In this document: piece after piece, positions 47,701 through 56,498 of the stretch
How the letters are laid out: every line of letters begins with the position of its first letter
How positions within the stretch are numbered: the stretch's first letter is position 1
DNA from: Bacteroidia bacterium
GTDB taxonomy: Bacteria > Bacteroidota > Bacteroidia > NS11-12g > UBA955
Reading direction: 5' to 3'
Length of the DNA stretch: 64,000 nt
Assembly: GCA_044368575.1 (NCBI GenBank)
Contig: JBIPPH010000003.1
Coordinates: 8,999 to 72,998 of the forward strand
Program-made: the position numbers and the translations under genes
Notes under the pieces: generated by a model
Databases searched by the model: none
What the model saw: the letters and a program-made list of their open reading frames with translations, nothing else
What the model was told of the DNA's origin: nothing

Positions 47701-49132
47701 TACTAAACTTAGACTCAGACCAGTATTAATGACGGCATTTGTTGCTTCATTGGGCTTTTTGCCAATGGCATTAAGCAATGGCGCTGGCGCTGAGGTCCAA
47801 AGGCCTTTGGCTACAGTCGTCATTGGAGGTTTGTTAATCGCCACATTTTTAACCTTATTTGTCTTGCCTATTTTGTTTATTATGTCAGAACAATCATTTA
47901 AAATGAAGGGCTTGTCCTTAAAAGCCATCATTACTATCGCCTTTATTGGTGTTGGGGTCAATGGCTTTAGCCAAACAACAATTGGGTTTAAACAAGCGCT
48001 CGATTCAGCCTTGAATAACAACTTGCAGATTAAGCAAGCTCATCAAGTGTTAGCCTATCAAAAGGCCTTAAATAAATCTGCTGTCAATATTCCTAAAACA
48101 GCTTTGACTTTTGAGCGAGGGCAACTCAATTCATATTACACTGATAAACGATTTGGATTGAACCAAACCTTGAGTTTACCAATGGTGTATTCACAGCAAT
48201 ACAAAGTGTTAAGTGTTCAAACCTTGGCCCAATCTGCCAATCTGCAATTGACTCAATCTGAGGTGAAGCAAAGGGTGCTGCAGGCCTATTTTAACTGGTT
48301 AAATCAAGCGCAACAGTTACTAGCCTTGAGGTCAGTAGATACTATGTTTAAAGCCATGTTGAAGCAGTCTAGTCAGTTGTATAGTTTAGGGGAAATAGAC
48401 ATTGCTCAAAACGCATCCATTCAATTGAAAGGTCAATCTATTATGGCGCAATTACATGTTTTAGAAAGCGCCCAAGCGCTAACGCTTTCTGAATTCAATT
48501 GGTTGTTGAATACACACGCCAATTATACGCCAGATTTGAGCTCAGGAAGAATGCCATTACCAAATATTGATAGCTCATTGTTGTTAAAACATCCGCAATT
48601 GCAAATCCTCAAGCAATATGTTCAATTAAGTCAACAACAGAGTAAATTAGAATCGTATAAATTATTGCCGGAAATTCAATTGGGATATTCCAATATGACC
48701 ATGAATGGCTTTGGTGCTGACAATCGATTTTATACCAATAGTGCTAGGTTTCAATCTTTTCAGTTTGGCGTCACTGTGCCTTTGTTTTACAATGCCCAAA
48801 AAGCCATGTTCAATGCGTCTAAGATTGACAGAACGGTTCAAGAACAAGCGTTGAAAATTCAAACACAAGCTCTGCAATTGGATTGGCAACAATGCCTATC
48901 AGCCTTGGAGCATCATATTCAATACCTCAATTATTTTGATGGTGCTGGATTGACGCAATTAAACCAATTAAAAACAACTGCCAACTTGCAATTACAATCA
49001 GGCGATATCTCTTATTCAGATTGGGTTGGACTTATGGGGCAATACTTTGAACTTCAAAAACAATATTTTGAAGTTGTTAATCAATACAATCAAAACATCA
49101 TCCATCTCAACTATTTGATGGGCCAATTTTAA
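44789..49132 (+). CDS. czcA: CzcA/CusA heavy-metal RND transporter fused to a C-terminal TolC-like outer-membrane efflux domain
   Basis: IDAVPDITN, TM4 ALDFGLIVDGAVIIVE, EGKMFKPMA, RLRPVLMTA; about 400-aa Gln-rich helical extension with beta-strand pairs after aa ~1040. Confidence 0.92.
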   Translation: MNLNTIIGFSIKNKLIIGLFTIGLIIYGSFELFKLPIDAVPDITNNQVQVITIAPSLGATDIERLVTFPIEQANNNIPGLHEIRSFSRFGLSLVTIVFEDDVDVYWARQQVSERIQNVKDQIPQGVCVPELGPVTTGLGEIYQYVLRPKPGFEHQYSSMELRTIQDWIVRRQLLGVKGVADVSSFGGHLKQYEIALNPDKLQSLGLTIDQVFKAIEANNENTGGGYIERGPNVFYIRTEGLVHSEQDLMNVPVKLLDNGVPLLIRDIAQVRIGTAIRYGALHLDTLGEVSGAVVMMLKGANSSEVIKAVKDRVAEIQKTLPEGIVIEPFLDRTKMVNNAIGTVETNLLEGALIVIFVLVVFLGNLRAGLLVASVIPLSMLFAIIMMNLFHVSGNLMSLGALDFGLIVDGAVIIVEAVMHALAIRTMGQMTAVSNTEMDDTVKSSAGKMMNSAVFGQIIILIVYLPIFSLQGIEGKMFKPMAQTVAFALLGAFILSLTYVPMMSAWLLSRKAHKPNWSDWFMQKVEAWYQKAFEWIVLKVKWLFIGLGLLVIAAVVVLTQLGGEFIPSLEEGDFALETRVLPGSNLNVSLKASEQASKILLTQFPEVEKVVAKIGSGEVPTDPMPIDAQDLMIIMKDKHTWKTAHSFNEMAEKMGEALKAVPGVTFGFQYPVQMRFNELMTGARQDVVCKLFGEDLDTLAYYAAKMGHLASKVEGAQDIYVEPVTGVSQIVVDYKRDLIARYGLQVAAINSVVNTAFAGGLAGKVYEGEKRFDLVLRLQNDHRKTLNDVQNLLIPIGQNNFVPLSHLADVSIKVGPNQIQREDAKRRIVVGFNVRGRDVQSIVDELKTKIEKQIKLPPGYSVRYGGTFENLNAAKKRLGIAVPLALALIFLMLYFAFQSIKHASLIYSAIPLSALGGIFALYIRDMPFSISAGVGFIALFGVAVLNGIVLISEFKRQKETHTGALTEMVMNATKLRLRPVLMTAFVASLGFLPMALSNGAGAEVQRPLATVVIGGLLIATFLTLFVLPILFIMSEQSFKMKGLSLKAIITIAFIGVGVNGFSQTTIGFKQALDSALNNNLQIKQAHQVLAYQKALNKSAVNIPKTALTFERGQLNSYYTDKRFGLNQTLSLPMVYSQQYKVLSVQTLAQSANLQLTQSEVKQRVLQAYFNWLNQAQQLLALRSVDTMFKAMLKQSSQLYSLGEIDIAQNASIQLKGQSIMAQLHVLESAQALTLSEFNWLLNTHANYTPDLSSGRMPLPNIDSSLLLKHPQLQILKQYVQLSQQQSKLESYKLLPEIQLGYSNMTMNGFGADNRFYTNSARFQSFQFGVTVPLFYNAQKAMFNASKIDRTVQEQALKIQTQALQLDWQQCLSALEHHIQYLNYFDGAGLTQLNQLKTTANLQLQSGDISYSDWVGLMGQYFELQKQYFEVVNQYNQNIIHLNYLMGQF

Positions 49133-49143
49133 ACCAATTTTTT

Positions 49144-50274
49144 ATGAACAAAATCATTCAATATTTTTTATATACGACTTGCATTACAACATTGTTTGCT
49201 TGCCAATCTGCGGCCAAAGAAGAACAGCAAGTTGAATCTAAAACGAATCAAATACAATTAACGGATGCTCAATTTAAGACTGTTGGCATATTAACGGATA
49301 CCATGCAAATCCAAACTTTGCAAGGCGATGTTAAAGTCAATGGTGTAATCGATGTGCCACCCCAAAATATGGTCTCTGTAGGCATCCCTCTTGGAGGCTT
49401 TCTTAAAAGCACTCATTTACTACCTGGTATGAAAGTGAAGAAAGGAGAAGTCATTGCCATATTGGAAGATCAACAGTACATTCAGTTGCAACAAGATTAC
49501 TTAACAGCTTTAGCTGAATTTTCATTCATTGATAAGGAATACAAAAGACAACAAGAGCTCAATCAGTCTAAGGCTATAAGTGATAAGTCATACGAGCAAA
49601 TTAAAGCGACTTATCAAAAACAAAAAATTGCCATTAAAGCCTTGTCTGAGAAATTGAGACTAATAGGTATTCAACCTGAAAATCTTAATGAAAATACTAT
49701 TTCTAAGAGCATTAATTTACAGTCGCCTATTAGTGGATTTGTGAGTAAGGTAAATGTGAATGTAGGTCGATACATAACAGGTTCAGATGTGCTTTTTGAA
49801 TTGGTGAATCCAGATGATATTCATTTGAATTTAACCGTTTATGAAAAAGACATTGCTAGTTTGAAAATTGGTAGTAAGGTAAAAGCCTTCACCAATACCA
49901 ATCCTAATAAAGTCTATCAATGTGATGTGATATTGATAGGTCAAGATGTGTCTAAAGAAGGTTATGTGCAGATACATTGCCATTTTGATACCTATAGCAG
50001 TGAATTGATTCCTGGTATGTATATGAATGCGGATATCACTACAGACGGAATTCATGCTAGAGTTTTGCCAGAACCAGCTGTTGTTAGCTATGAAGGTAAA
50101 GACTATGTGTTTTTAGATCAAGGCAATAAACAATATAAATTATTAGAAGTAAAGGTCTTAAAACGTTCAGCCACTTGGGTTCAAATAGATTATGAAGCAT
50201 CAGCAAACCAAGCCTTTGTTGTAAAAGGGGCATATGATTTACTCATGATGGCTAAAAATTCAGAAGAAGAGTAA
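49144..50274 (+). CDS. czcB: RND periplasmic adaptor, lipoprotein (CzcB-like)
   Basis: Lipobox LFAC, GMKVKKGE, coiled-coil hairpin, SPISG, LIPGMY. Confidence 0.9.
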   Translation: MNKIIQYFLYTTCITTLFACQSAAKEEQQVESKTNQIQLTDAQFKTVGILTDTMQIQTLQGDVKVNGVIDVPPQNMVSVGIPLGGFLKSTHLLPGMKVKKGEVIAILEDQQYIQLQQDYLTALAEFSFIDKEYKRQQELNQSKAISDKSYEQIKATYQKQKIAIKALSEKLRLIGIQPENLNENTISKSINLQSPISGFVSKVNVNVGRYITGSDVLFELVNPDDIHLNLTVYEKDIASLKIGSKVKAFTNTNPNKVYQCDVILIGQDVSKEGYVQIHCHFDTYSSELIPGMYMNADITTDGIHARVLPEPAVVSYEGKDYVFLDQGNKQYKLLEVKVLKRSATWVQIDYEASANQAFVVKGAYDLLMMAKNSEEE

Positions 50275-50277
50275 TAG

Positions 50278-51267
50278 ATGAAGTCTGAGCAATCAAAAAT
50301 CATAGGGCTACAGAAATGGGTATTCGTTGTTTCTGTTTTGCTTTTGCTGTTTAAGTTAACCGCCTGGGTATATACAGGCTCGGTTGCCATATTAACAGAT
50401 GCTTTGGAGAGCATTGTCAATGTTGTAGCTGGTATTATGGGTTTGTACAGCTTGAATTTATCTAATAAGCCAAAGGATACAGAACACCCTTATGGGCATG
50501 GTAAGGTAGAATTTATAACCTCTGCTATTGAAGGTGTATTAATTATGGTGGCAGCCCTATTTATTGTGTTTGAAGCCACTCAACATTTACTGCATCCACA
50601 AGCCATCCGATCTATTGATTTTGGTATTCTTGTGTTGTTGTTAACCAGCGCAGTAAATTATGCATTAGGTTGGTATTGCGGTAAGGTTGGTAAACAATCC
50701 CAGTCCGTTGTTTTAATGGGTAGCGGGGCACATTTAAAAAGTGATACATACTCAACCCTTGGAATAGTCATTGGGGTGGTTTTAGTAAAGTTGACCAACG
50801 CCCTATGGCTCGATGCAAGTGTGGCAATTTTGTTTTCTTTAATCATTCTGCGAACAGGGTATAAAATCATTAGACAATCTGTTTCGGGTATTATGGATGA
50901 AACCGATATGTTGGTGGTGGATCAAATCGTAAATGTTTTGAATGAACACCGTTCTAAACAATGGATAGATGTTCACAATGTACGCGTTATCAATTATGCT
51001 GGTTTTTATCATATTGATTGCCACTTAACGGTTCCATATTATATCAATGTCAATGAGGCGCATCAACAAATGGATGCTTTTACAGCTTTGTTGCACAAGC
51101 ACTTTAATGGACAAGTAGAGTTCTTTGTTCATATAGATGGTTGTGTGCCGCAACAATGTAAATTGTGTCAAATACAAGCTTGTAGCCATAGGCAAACTGA
51201 TTTTGATACACTTCAAGATTGGACCCGTCAGAATTTGTTAGACAATGCAAAGCATGGCTTGCAATAG
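50278..51267 (+). CDS. Cation diffusion facilitator (CDF) transporter with a Cys-rich tail
   Basis: SVAILTDALES, HPYGHGKVE, HLKSD, DVHNVR, IDCH, HIDGC. Confidence 0.92.
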   Translation: MKSEQSKIIGLQKWVFVVSVLLLLFKLTAWVYTGSVAILTDALESIVNVVAGIMGLYSLNLSNKPKDTEHPYGHGKVEFITSAIEGVLIMVAALFIVFEATQHLLHPQAIRSIDFGILVLLLTSAVNYALGWYCGKVGKQSQSVVLMGSGAHLKSDTYSTLGIVIGVVLVKLTNALWLDASVAILFSLIILRTGYKIIRQSVSGIMDETDMLVVDQIVNVLNEHRSKQWIDVHNVRVINYAGFYHIDCHLTVPYYINVNEAHQQMDAFTALLHKHFNGQVEFFVHIDGCVPQQCKLCQIQACSHRQTDFDTLQDWTRQNLLDNAKHGLQ

Positions 51268-51272
51268 TTCAC

Positions 51273-52472
51273 TTATCGTTTGAGTAAGTGTTTTTCTAAA
51301 CGGTAAATCATTATGGTAGCGATGGTCATGGTGCAAATGACCACCATGCCCAATTGTTCATAATGCAATAATTTGCCTGTACTTGTTTTTACGACTATAA
51401 GACCGGCAATGGCTGCGGCAATACCTCCAGACAATTGTTGAATGGAGGAATTAATGCTCATGAAAGCCCCTCTATCTTGTGGTTTAGGGACCATAGAAAT
51501 AAGACTAGAGGAGGCAATGATTCTGGCGCTTATGCCAATAAACATTAGACCATTAAATACCATTACTATCGGCAGGGGAGTATGGCCAAGTCTGGTGTAA
51601 AACACAATGACTAACATGCTCAATAGGCTACCACCTAAAAAGATTTTGAATCGATCAATTTTATCTGATTGTTTACCGACTAAAGGCCCCGTTAAAATGG
51701 TAACTATTCCAGTAGCACCAAACAAATAAGGCAGGTCTTTTAAAGCTACACCTAAATTATTGGTACTAAAGGCAGAGGCAAAAGGCATCATCATATAGCC
51801 ACCAGTTGACAATAATATAGTGGCCAAAAATCCTTTTAAATAATTAGGGTTAATGAGTGTGTCTTTTAAATGTCTGAAGGCGTTTTTGGGTTCAGTTAGC
51901 TGTAAATGGGCGTTAACAGGTTTCATGAATACAAAAATGACTATGCCTAATAGCAAGCCAAGAATAACTATTAAATAAAAGACCGCATGCCAATTGTATA
52001 GCTCAGCTAATTTTAAGCCAATAGGGATGCCTAATACTTGGCTGGCAGAAAAAGCCATTTGAATGTAGGCAATTACCCTACCTCTATTTTCAATTTTAAA
52101 ACTATCAGTGCCAATAGCAAAGGAAATGGAACTGATAACACCCCCAAATACGCCTGTAACAATTCTGGCAATCAATAGGGAAGTGTAAGTGTCTGCCATA
52201 GCACACATAAGCGTACCTAACAAAAACCCAACATAAAAAAATAACAGGTACTTTTTGCGGTCGTATTTATCTGCATACCCAGCAGAGAGTATGCCTGATA
52301 AGCCTGCACTAAATGCATAGGCTGAAACCACCCACCCAAATTCTTGAGCATTGATTTTTAACTCTTTTAGTAGCACCGCTCCTAATGGAGATAATACCAT
52401 AAAGTCAAGCACTACAGTAAATTGAAGTAGGGCTAAAACAACAATTAAAAACTTTTGATATTTAGTAAACAA
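51273..52472 (-). CDS. MFS transporter (DHA1-like)
   Basis: About 12 TM helices; motif-A-like GYADKYDRKK and SDKIDR, ARIVTGVFGG; TTG start. Confidence 0.9.
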   Translation of the reverse strand: MFTKYQKFLIVVLALLQFTVVLDFMVLSPLGAVLLKELKINAQEFGWVVSAYAFSAGLSGILSAGYADKYDRKKYLLFFYVGFLLGTLMCAMADTYTSLLIARIVTGVFGGVISSISFAIGTDSFKIENRGRVIAYIQMAFSASQVLGIPIGLKLAELYNWHAVFYLIVILGLLLGIVIFVFMKPVNAHLQLTEPKNAFRHLKDTLINPNYLKGFLATILLSTGGYMMMPFASAFSTNNLGVALKDLPYLFGATGIVTILTGPLVGKQSDKIDRFKIFLGGSLLSMLVIVFYTRLGHTPLPIVMVFNGLMFIGISARIIASSSLISMVPKPQDRGAFMSINSSIQQLSGGIAAAIAGLIVVKTSTGKLLHYEQLGMVVICTMTIATIMIYRLEKHLLKR

Positions 52473-52584
52473 AATCGGTCGGTGAAATTACATCAAGCAT
52501 CTTGCATAAGCAATTTCATTTTGAGATAATGTTTAAAAGCATGATTGATATATGCTAACTCCTTATAAGTTTTAGCGCAATAAA

Positions 52585-54168
52585 TTATTTCTTAATTCTT
52601 GTAGCTGATTGATGGTCAGATATAGCAATGTGCTCATTTAAGCCAATTAATTCAACCGTACCTCCATTAAGTTGATATTCCTTTTTATAAGTATGCAGAT
52701 TTTCCATTGTACTGTGGTCAATTAACTTTGTTTTACTTAAATCAATAGTGACGTCAAATCCACTTGGAATGGCATCAAGTTTACGCTTAATGCCCATAAA
52801 GTTCGTAAACACAGCCGCTTGGTCAATTTCAATTAAATATTTATTGCCATCAAATGATACTACAGTGGGGGCCTTGAAAATAACAGATAATGGTTTGCCA
52901 TTAATGATATTGATTATGATTTCACATATCATGCCCATAACTATTCCAACTAATAGATCAATCCAAAAAGTAAAACAAATAGTTGTGATAAAAACGGCTA
53001 ATTGTTCTTTGCCTATTTTAAAAGTATTAACGAATTCTCTTGGGTGGGCCAGTTTTATACCAACAGATATTAACATGGCTGCAAGTGCAGAATTAGGTAT
53101 CATTTCAATGTACTTAATGGCAATTAGTACAAAAATTAATATGAACATGCCATGAAAGAAGTTAGCCCATCTTGTTTTTGCTCCATTAGAAATATTTGCA
53201 GAACTTCTAGCGACTTCTGAAATCATAGGAAGTCCACCAAAGATGGCAGCGATAGTGTTTCCTATACCCACAGCAATTAAATCTTGATTGCTATTAGATT
53301 TTCTATTGTATGGATCTTTCATATCTATTGCTTTAATTGTCAACAATGATTCTATTGATCCTATTACTGCAAACATGATTACATATTTTATAAAAATGCC
53401 TGCTTGTTCAATACCAGAAAAATCTATGTTGATTTTTATGCTTTCAAATATATTCCCAATATTTACTAATGCATATTTGGGCTCAGTGGATTGAAAATTT
53501 AAAATTAATTCTGCAGGAATTGCAAAAAGCAGCACCATTAATGGTGCCGGTATTTTTTTGAGTTTGGGGTGTTTGATTTTACTCCAACTGAGCATAATCC
53601 ATAAACTTACAACGCCTACAAGAGTTGATTTTGTATCAATAAGCGCTAGGAATTTTGGGATATTCAATAATAATTCCAATGGCTCCTTGGCTTTTGTGAG
53701 CTCAGGGTTGATGTCCATAAACACTGGAATTTGTTTGATGATAATGATAAGGCCAATTGCAGCGAGCATGCCATGCACAGCTGAAAGGGGAAAGAAGTCT
53801 GTGAGTTTGCCTAATTTAAAATATCCAAAAAGTATTTGTAAAAAACCGGCAATAAACAATGCCCCAAGGGTTAAATGCCAACCTAATTCGCCACCGCCAA
53901 AAGCATTCACTGCACCTGCAACAATCACAATTAAGCCAGCCGCAGGTCCTTTGATGGTTAATGGAGAGCCCGCAAAAAAACTGACAATTATACCGCCAAT
54001 TGCTGCTGTTAATAAGCCCATAATGGGAGGGAATTCAGATGCTTTGGCAATGCCTAAACTCAGCGGTAATGCTAATAAAAAAATACTAAAGCCTGAAAGC
54101 GCATCACTTAGGAAATGGTCTTTTAATCCAGTAATGCCATCTTTAGGTAAAGGAAGTTTATTTTTCAT
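52585..54168 (-). CDS. SulP/SLC26 anion (probably bicarbonate) transporter with a short STAS domain
   Basis: ALPLSLGIAKAS, GPAAGL, ESLL, GGLPMISEVARS, IDHS. Confidence 0.92.
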   Translation of the reverse strand: MKNKLPLPKDGITGLKDHFLSDALSGFSIFLLALPLSLGIAKASEFPPIMGLLTAAIGGIIVSFFAGSPLTIKGPAAGLIVIVAGAVNAFGGGELGWHLTLGALFIAGFLQILFGYFKLGKLTDFFPLSAVHGMLAAIGLIIIIKQIPVFMDINPELTKAKEPLELLLNIPKFLALIDTKSTLVGVVSLWIMLSWSKIKHPKLKKIPAPLMVLLFAIPAELILNFQSTEPKYALVNIGNIFESIKINIDFSGIEQAGIFIKYVIMFAVIGSIESLLTIKAIDMKDPYNRKSNSNQDLIAVGIGNTIAAIFGGLPMISEVARSSANISNGAKTRWANFFHGMFILIFVLIAIKYIEMIPNSALAAMLISVGIKLAHPREFVNTFKIGKEQLAVFITTICFTFWIDLLVGIVMGMICEIIINIINGKPLSVIFKAPTVVSFDGNKYLIEIDQAAVFTNFMGIKRKLDAIPSGFDVTIDLSKTKLIDHSTMENLHTYKKEYQLNGGTVELIGLNEHIAISDHQSATRIKK

Positions 54169-54874
54169 TTTTAAAGAGCTTAAAATTGTTTAAGATACTT
54201 AATCTGATTGTTGGGTTGTTTTCAAAAATGGTGTTACTGTAATTCCAAATGTTTTGATGGATATAGTTTAATTGAATTTGAAAATTAGGCTTATAAAACC
54301 ATGCCAATCCAGCTATGATTCTATTTTGATTCATTACAGATTTACCACTGTAACTGCCGAGATTAAAAAAAGCTTCATCTCCAAATTGTATGAATAGTTT
54401 TTTAGGGCTTATTGGGTAACTAAAGAGTACCATGTAGCGCAATCTATTGCGATAGGTTTTATCTTGTCCAATAAACCGATTTTCATTTCTTATTCGATTA
54501 GATACACTCCATTTTTTGTAGAAGCATTGAGTGCTTATCTGGGCCCAAATGTGATCTTCCTCTAAGGGTGTTTTAAACATGGCAGGGTTGCCATAAGAGA
54601 AAGTTTTATAATGGGAGTAACCAATACTTGAAGAGATGAATTTATTAAAGGTATAATCAATGGATGGTCTTATAAACCATTGTTGATGCTGTTTGCCCCA
54701 ATCAGTGTGTCTATCAGAGGTCTCAAATGTAAATAACCATTGTGGCTTAAATTGAAGCTTCCCAATGTAGTGTATCCAAAGATTATTATTTACAGTTTTT
54801 GTGCTTGCCTCAATATTAAAACAATAACACATAACTATCAGTTGAATGGCAATTGTTCGTGTTAATTTATACAT
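54158..54874 (-). CDS. DUF2490-like outer-membrane beta-barrel protein
   Basis: Signal peptide; EEDHIWAQ, RIRNENRF, RNRLRY, DEAFFN, QNRI; overlaps the sulP start. Confidence 0.8.
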   Translation of the reverse strand: MYKLTRTIAIQLIVMCYCFNIEASTKTVNNNLWIHYIGKLQFKPQWLFTFETSDRHTDWGKQHQQWFIRPSIDYTFNKFISSSIGYSHYKTFSYGNPAMFKTPLEEDHIWAQISTQCFYKKWSVSNRIRNENRFIGQDKTYRNRLRYMVLFSYPISPKKLFIQFGDEAFFNLGSYSGKSVMNQNRIIAGLAWFYKPNFQIQLNYIHQNIWNYSNTIFENNPTIRLSILNNFKLFKNEK

Positions 54875-55009
54875 ACGGCTTTTGAAAGGCCGGTAACCGC
54901 AAAACTATTGAATCGAATTCAGTTCAAGAGTAGCACAATTCATCAAGGCCTCTCATAAATAGAGGTTTGAAAAACATAAAGATCAAATAAGGTTGAGGGG
55001 ATTTGACTG

Positions 55010-55017
55010 CAAATATA
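55010..55017 (-). promoter_or_regulatory. -7 promoter element TATATTTG for the DUF2490-sulP operon
   Basis: Exact TAnnTTTG on the minus strand, 135 nt above the ATG at 54874. Confidence 0.65.
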
Positions 55018-55046
55018 AAACTTGCTCAAATAATTAACAAAAAAAT

Positions 55047-56255
55047 TTAACTATTTAAGTTTTCGTATACAATCGCCATGCCTTGACCAACTCCAATACA
55101 CATAGTGGCAATGCCATATTGTGTGTTTTGGCGTTTGTTCATTTCATGTATAAGGGTAGTGCTGATGCGAGCGCCACTACAACCCAATGGGTGACCAATA
55201 GCGATAGCGCCACCATTCACATTGACTATATTAGGGTCTAAGCCCAATTCTTGAATACAAGCAATGCTCTGTGAGGCAAAGGCTTCATTTAATTCTACCA
55301 AGCCAATTTGATTCAAGTTTAAACCTGAACGCTTTAATACTTTGCGACAGGCTTCAACAGGCCCAATGCCCATAACGGCCGGTTCTACTCCCGAGGCGGC
55401 ACTGGCAACTATTCTGGCGATTGGTTGTAATTGATGGGTTTTAACAAATGCTTCAGACGCTAATATTAAGGCACTTGCACCATCATTAACACTGCTTGAA
55501 TTACCTGCAGTTACACTGCCACCTTTTTTGAAAGCAGGTTTCAGGCCGGCTAAGGTTTCTATGGTACTTAATCGGGGTTGTTCATCAGTGTCAAAAAGAA
55601 TAGCGTCACCTTTTTTTTGAGGGATTTCAAAAGCTACAATTTCATCTTTAAAACGGTTTACAGCATGGGCTTTTTGCCATTTAGATTGAGAGTCAAAGGC
55701 AAATTGATCTTGAGCTTCTCTGCTGATTTGCCATCTTTCAGCAACATTTTCAGCGGTTTCTCCCATTGTGTAAGGGTGGTATAAGGCCGATAAACTTGGG
55801 TTGGTGAAACGCCAGCCTATCGTTGTGTCAAAAATTTCTGGAGCTCTGCCAAAGGCAGTTTCAGACTTAGCCATCACAAAGGGGGCTCTGGTCATGCTTT
55901 CAACACCTCCACATATAAATAAATCTCCATTGCCAGCCATGATTTCCATATAGCCATTGGCTATGGCTTGAAGTCCGCTAGCACAAAGTCTGTTAACAGT
56001 ATAGCCGGAAACACTGGTTGGTAGACCCGCTAACAATGAGGCCATTCTCGCGACGTTTCTATTGTCTTCTCCAGCTTGGTTGGCGGCCCCGAAAATCACT
56101 TCTTCAGTTTCATTGAATGGGATATTGGGATTTCGTGCTACTAAAGCTTTTAAAACATGGGCGGCTAAGTCGTCAGGACGAACTTGAGCAAAACTGCCGG
56201 CATACTTACCAACTGCCGTTCTAACGGCATCAATCACATATACTGCTTGACTCAT
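55047..56255 (-). CDS. Acetyl-CoA C-acyltransferase (thiolase, PcaF/PaaJ-like)
   Basis: NQAGEDNRN, NRLCASG, GGVESM, NEAFA, GHPLG, MCIGVGQG. Confidence 0.95.
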   Translation of the reverse strand: MSQAVYVIDAVRTAVGKYAGSFAQVRPDDLAAHVLKALVARNPNIPFNETEEVIFGAANQAGEDNRNVARMASLLAGLPTSVSGYTVNRLCASGLQAIANGYMEIMAGNGDLFICGGVESMTRAPFVMAKSETAFGRAPEIFDTTIGWRFTNPSLSALYHPYTMGETAENVAERWQISREAQDQFAFDSQSKWQKAHAVNRFKDEIVAFEIPQKKGDAILFDTDEQPRLSTIETLAGLKPAFKKGGSVTAGNSSSVNDGASALILASEAFVKTHQLQPIARIVASAASGVEPAVMGIGPVEACRKVLKRSGLNLNQIGLVELNEAFASQSIACIQELGLDPNIVNVNGGAIAIGHPLGCSGARISTTLIHEMNKRQNTQYGIATMCIGVGQGMAIVYENLNS

Positions 56256-56312
56256 AATTACTTCAACAAAACTAATGCTTATCCATTAATATTTTAAATT
56301 ATATTTGCCATT

Positions 56313-56498
56313 ATGCGTCTGATAAAAGGGATGGTTGTTTTAGGGGTTGCTTGCTTAATTTCAAGCTCCGGAGCTTGTAAAGCAAAGTCTTGTGATGCGG
56401 CTAATAATATTTATGAATCCGATCAAAGATCAAAGCGCAAGGTGAAGCAAATTGGATTGTTTTCAAAACGTGAAATGCGCAGAAAACGCTGGCATTAA
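56313..56498 (+). CDS. Small basic putative lipoprotein (61 aa)
   Basis: Own TATATTTG element 5 nt upstream; signal-like N-terminus ending SGAC; fills the thiolase-smpB gap; shares its TTAA stop with smpB. Confidence 0.6.
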   Translation: MRLIKGMVVLGVACLISSSGACKAKSCDAANNIYESDQRSKRKVKQIGLFSKREMRRKRWH

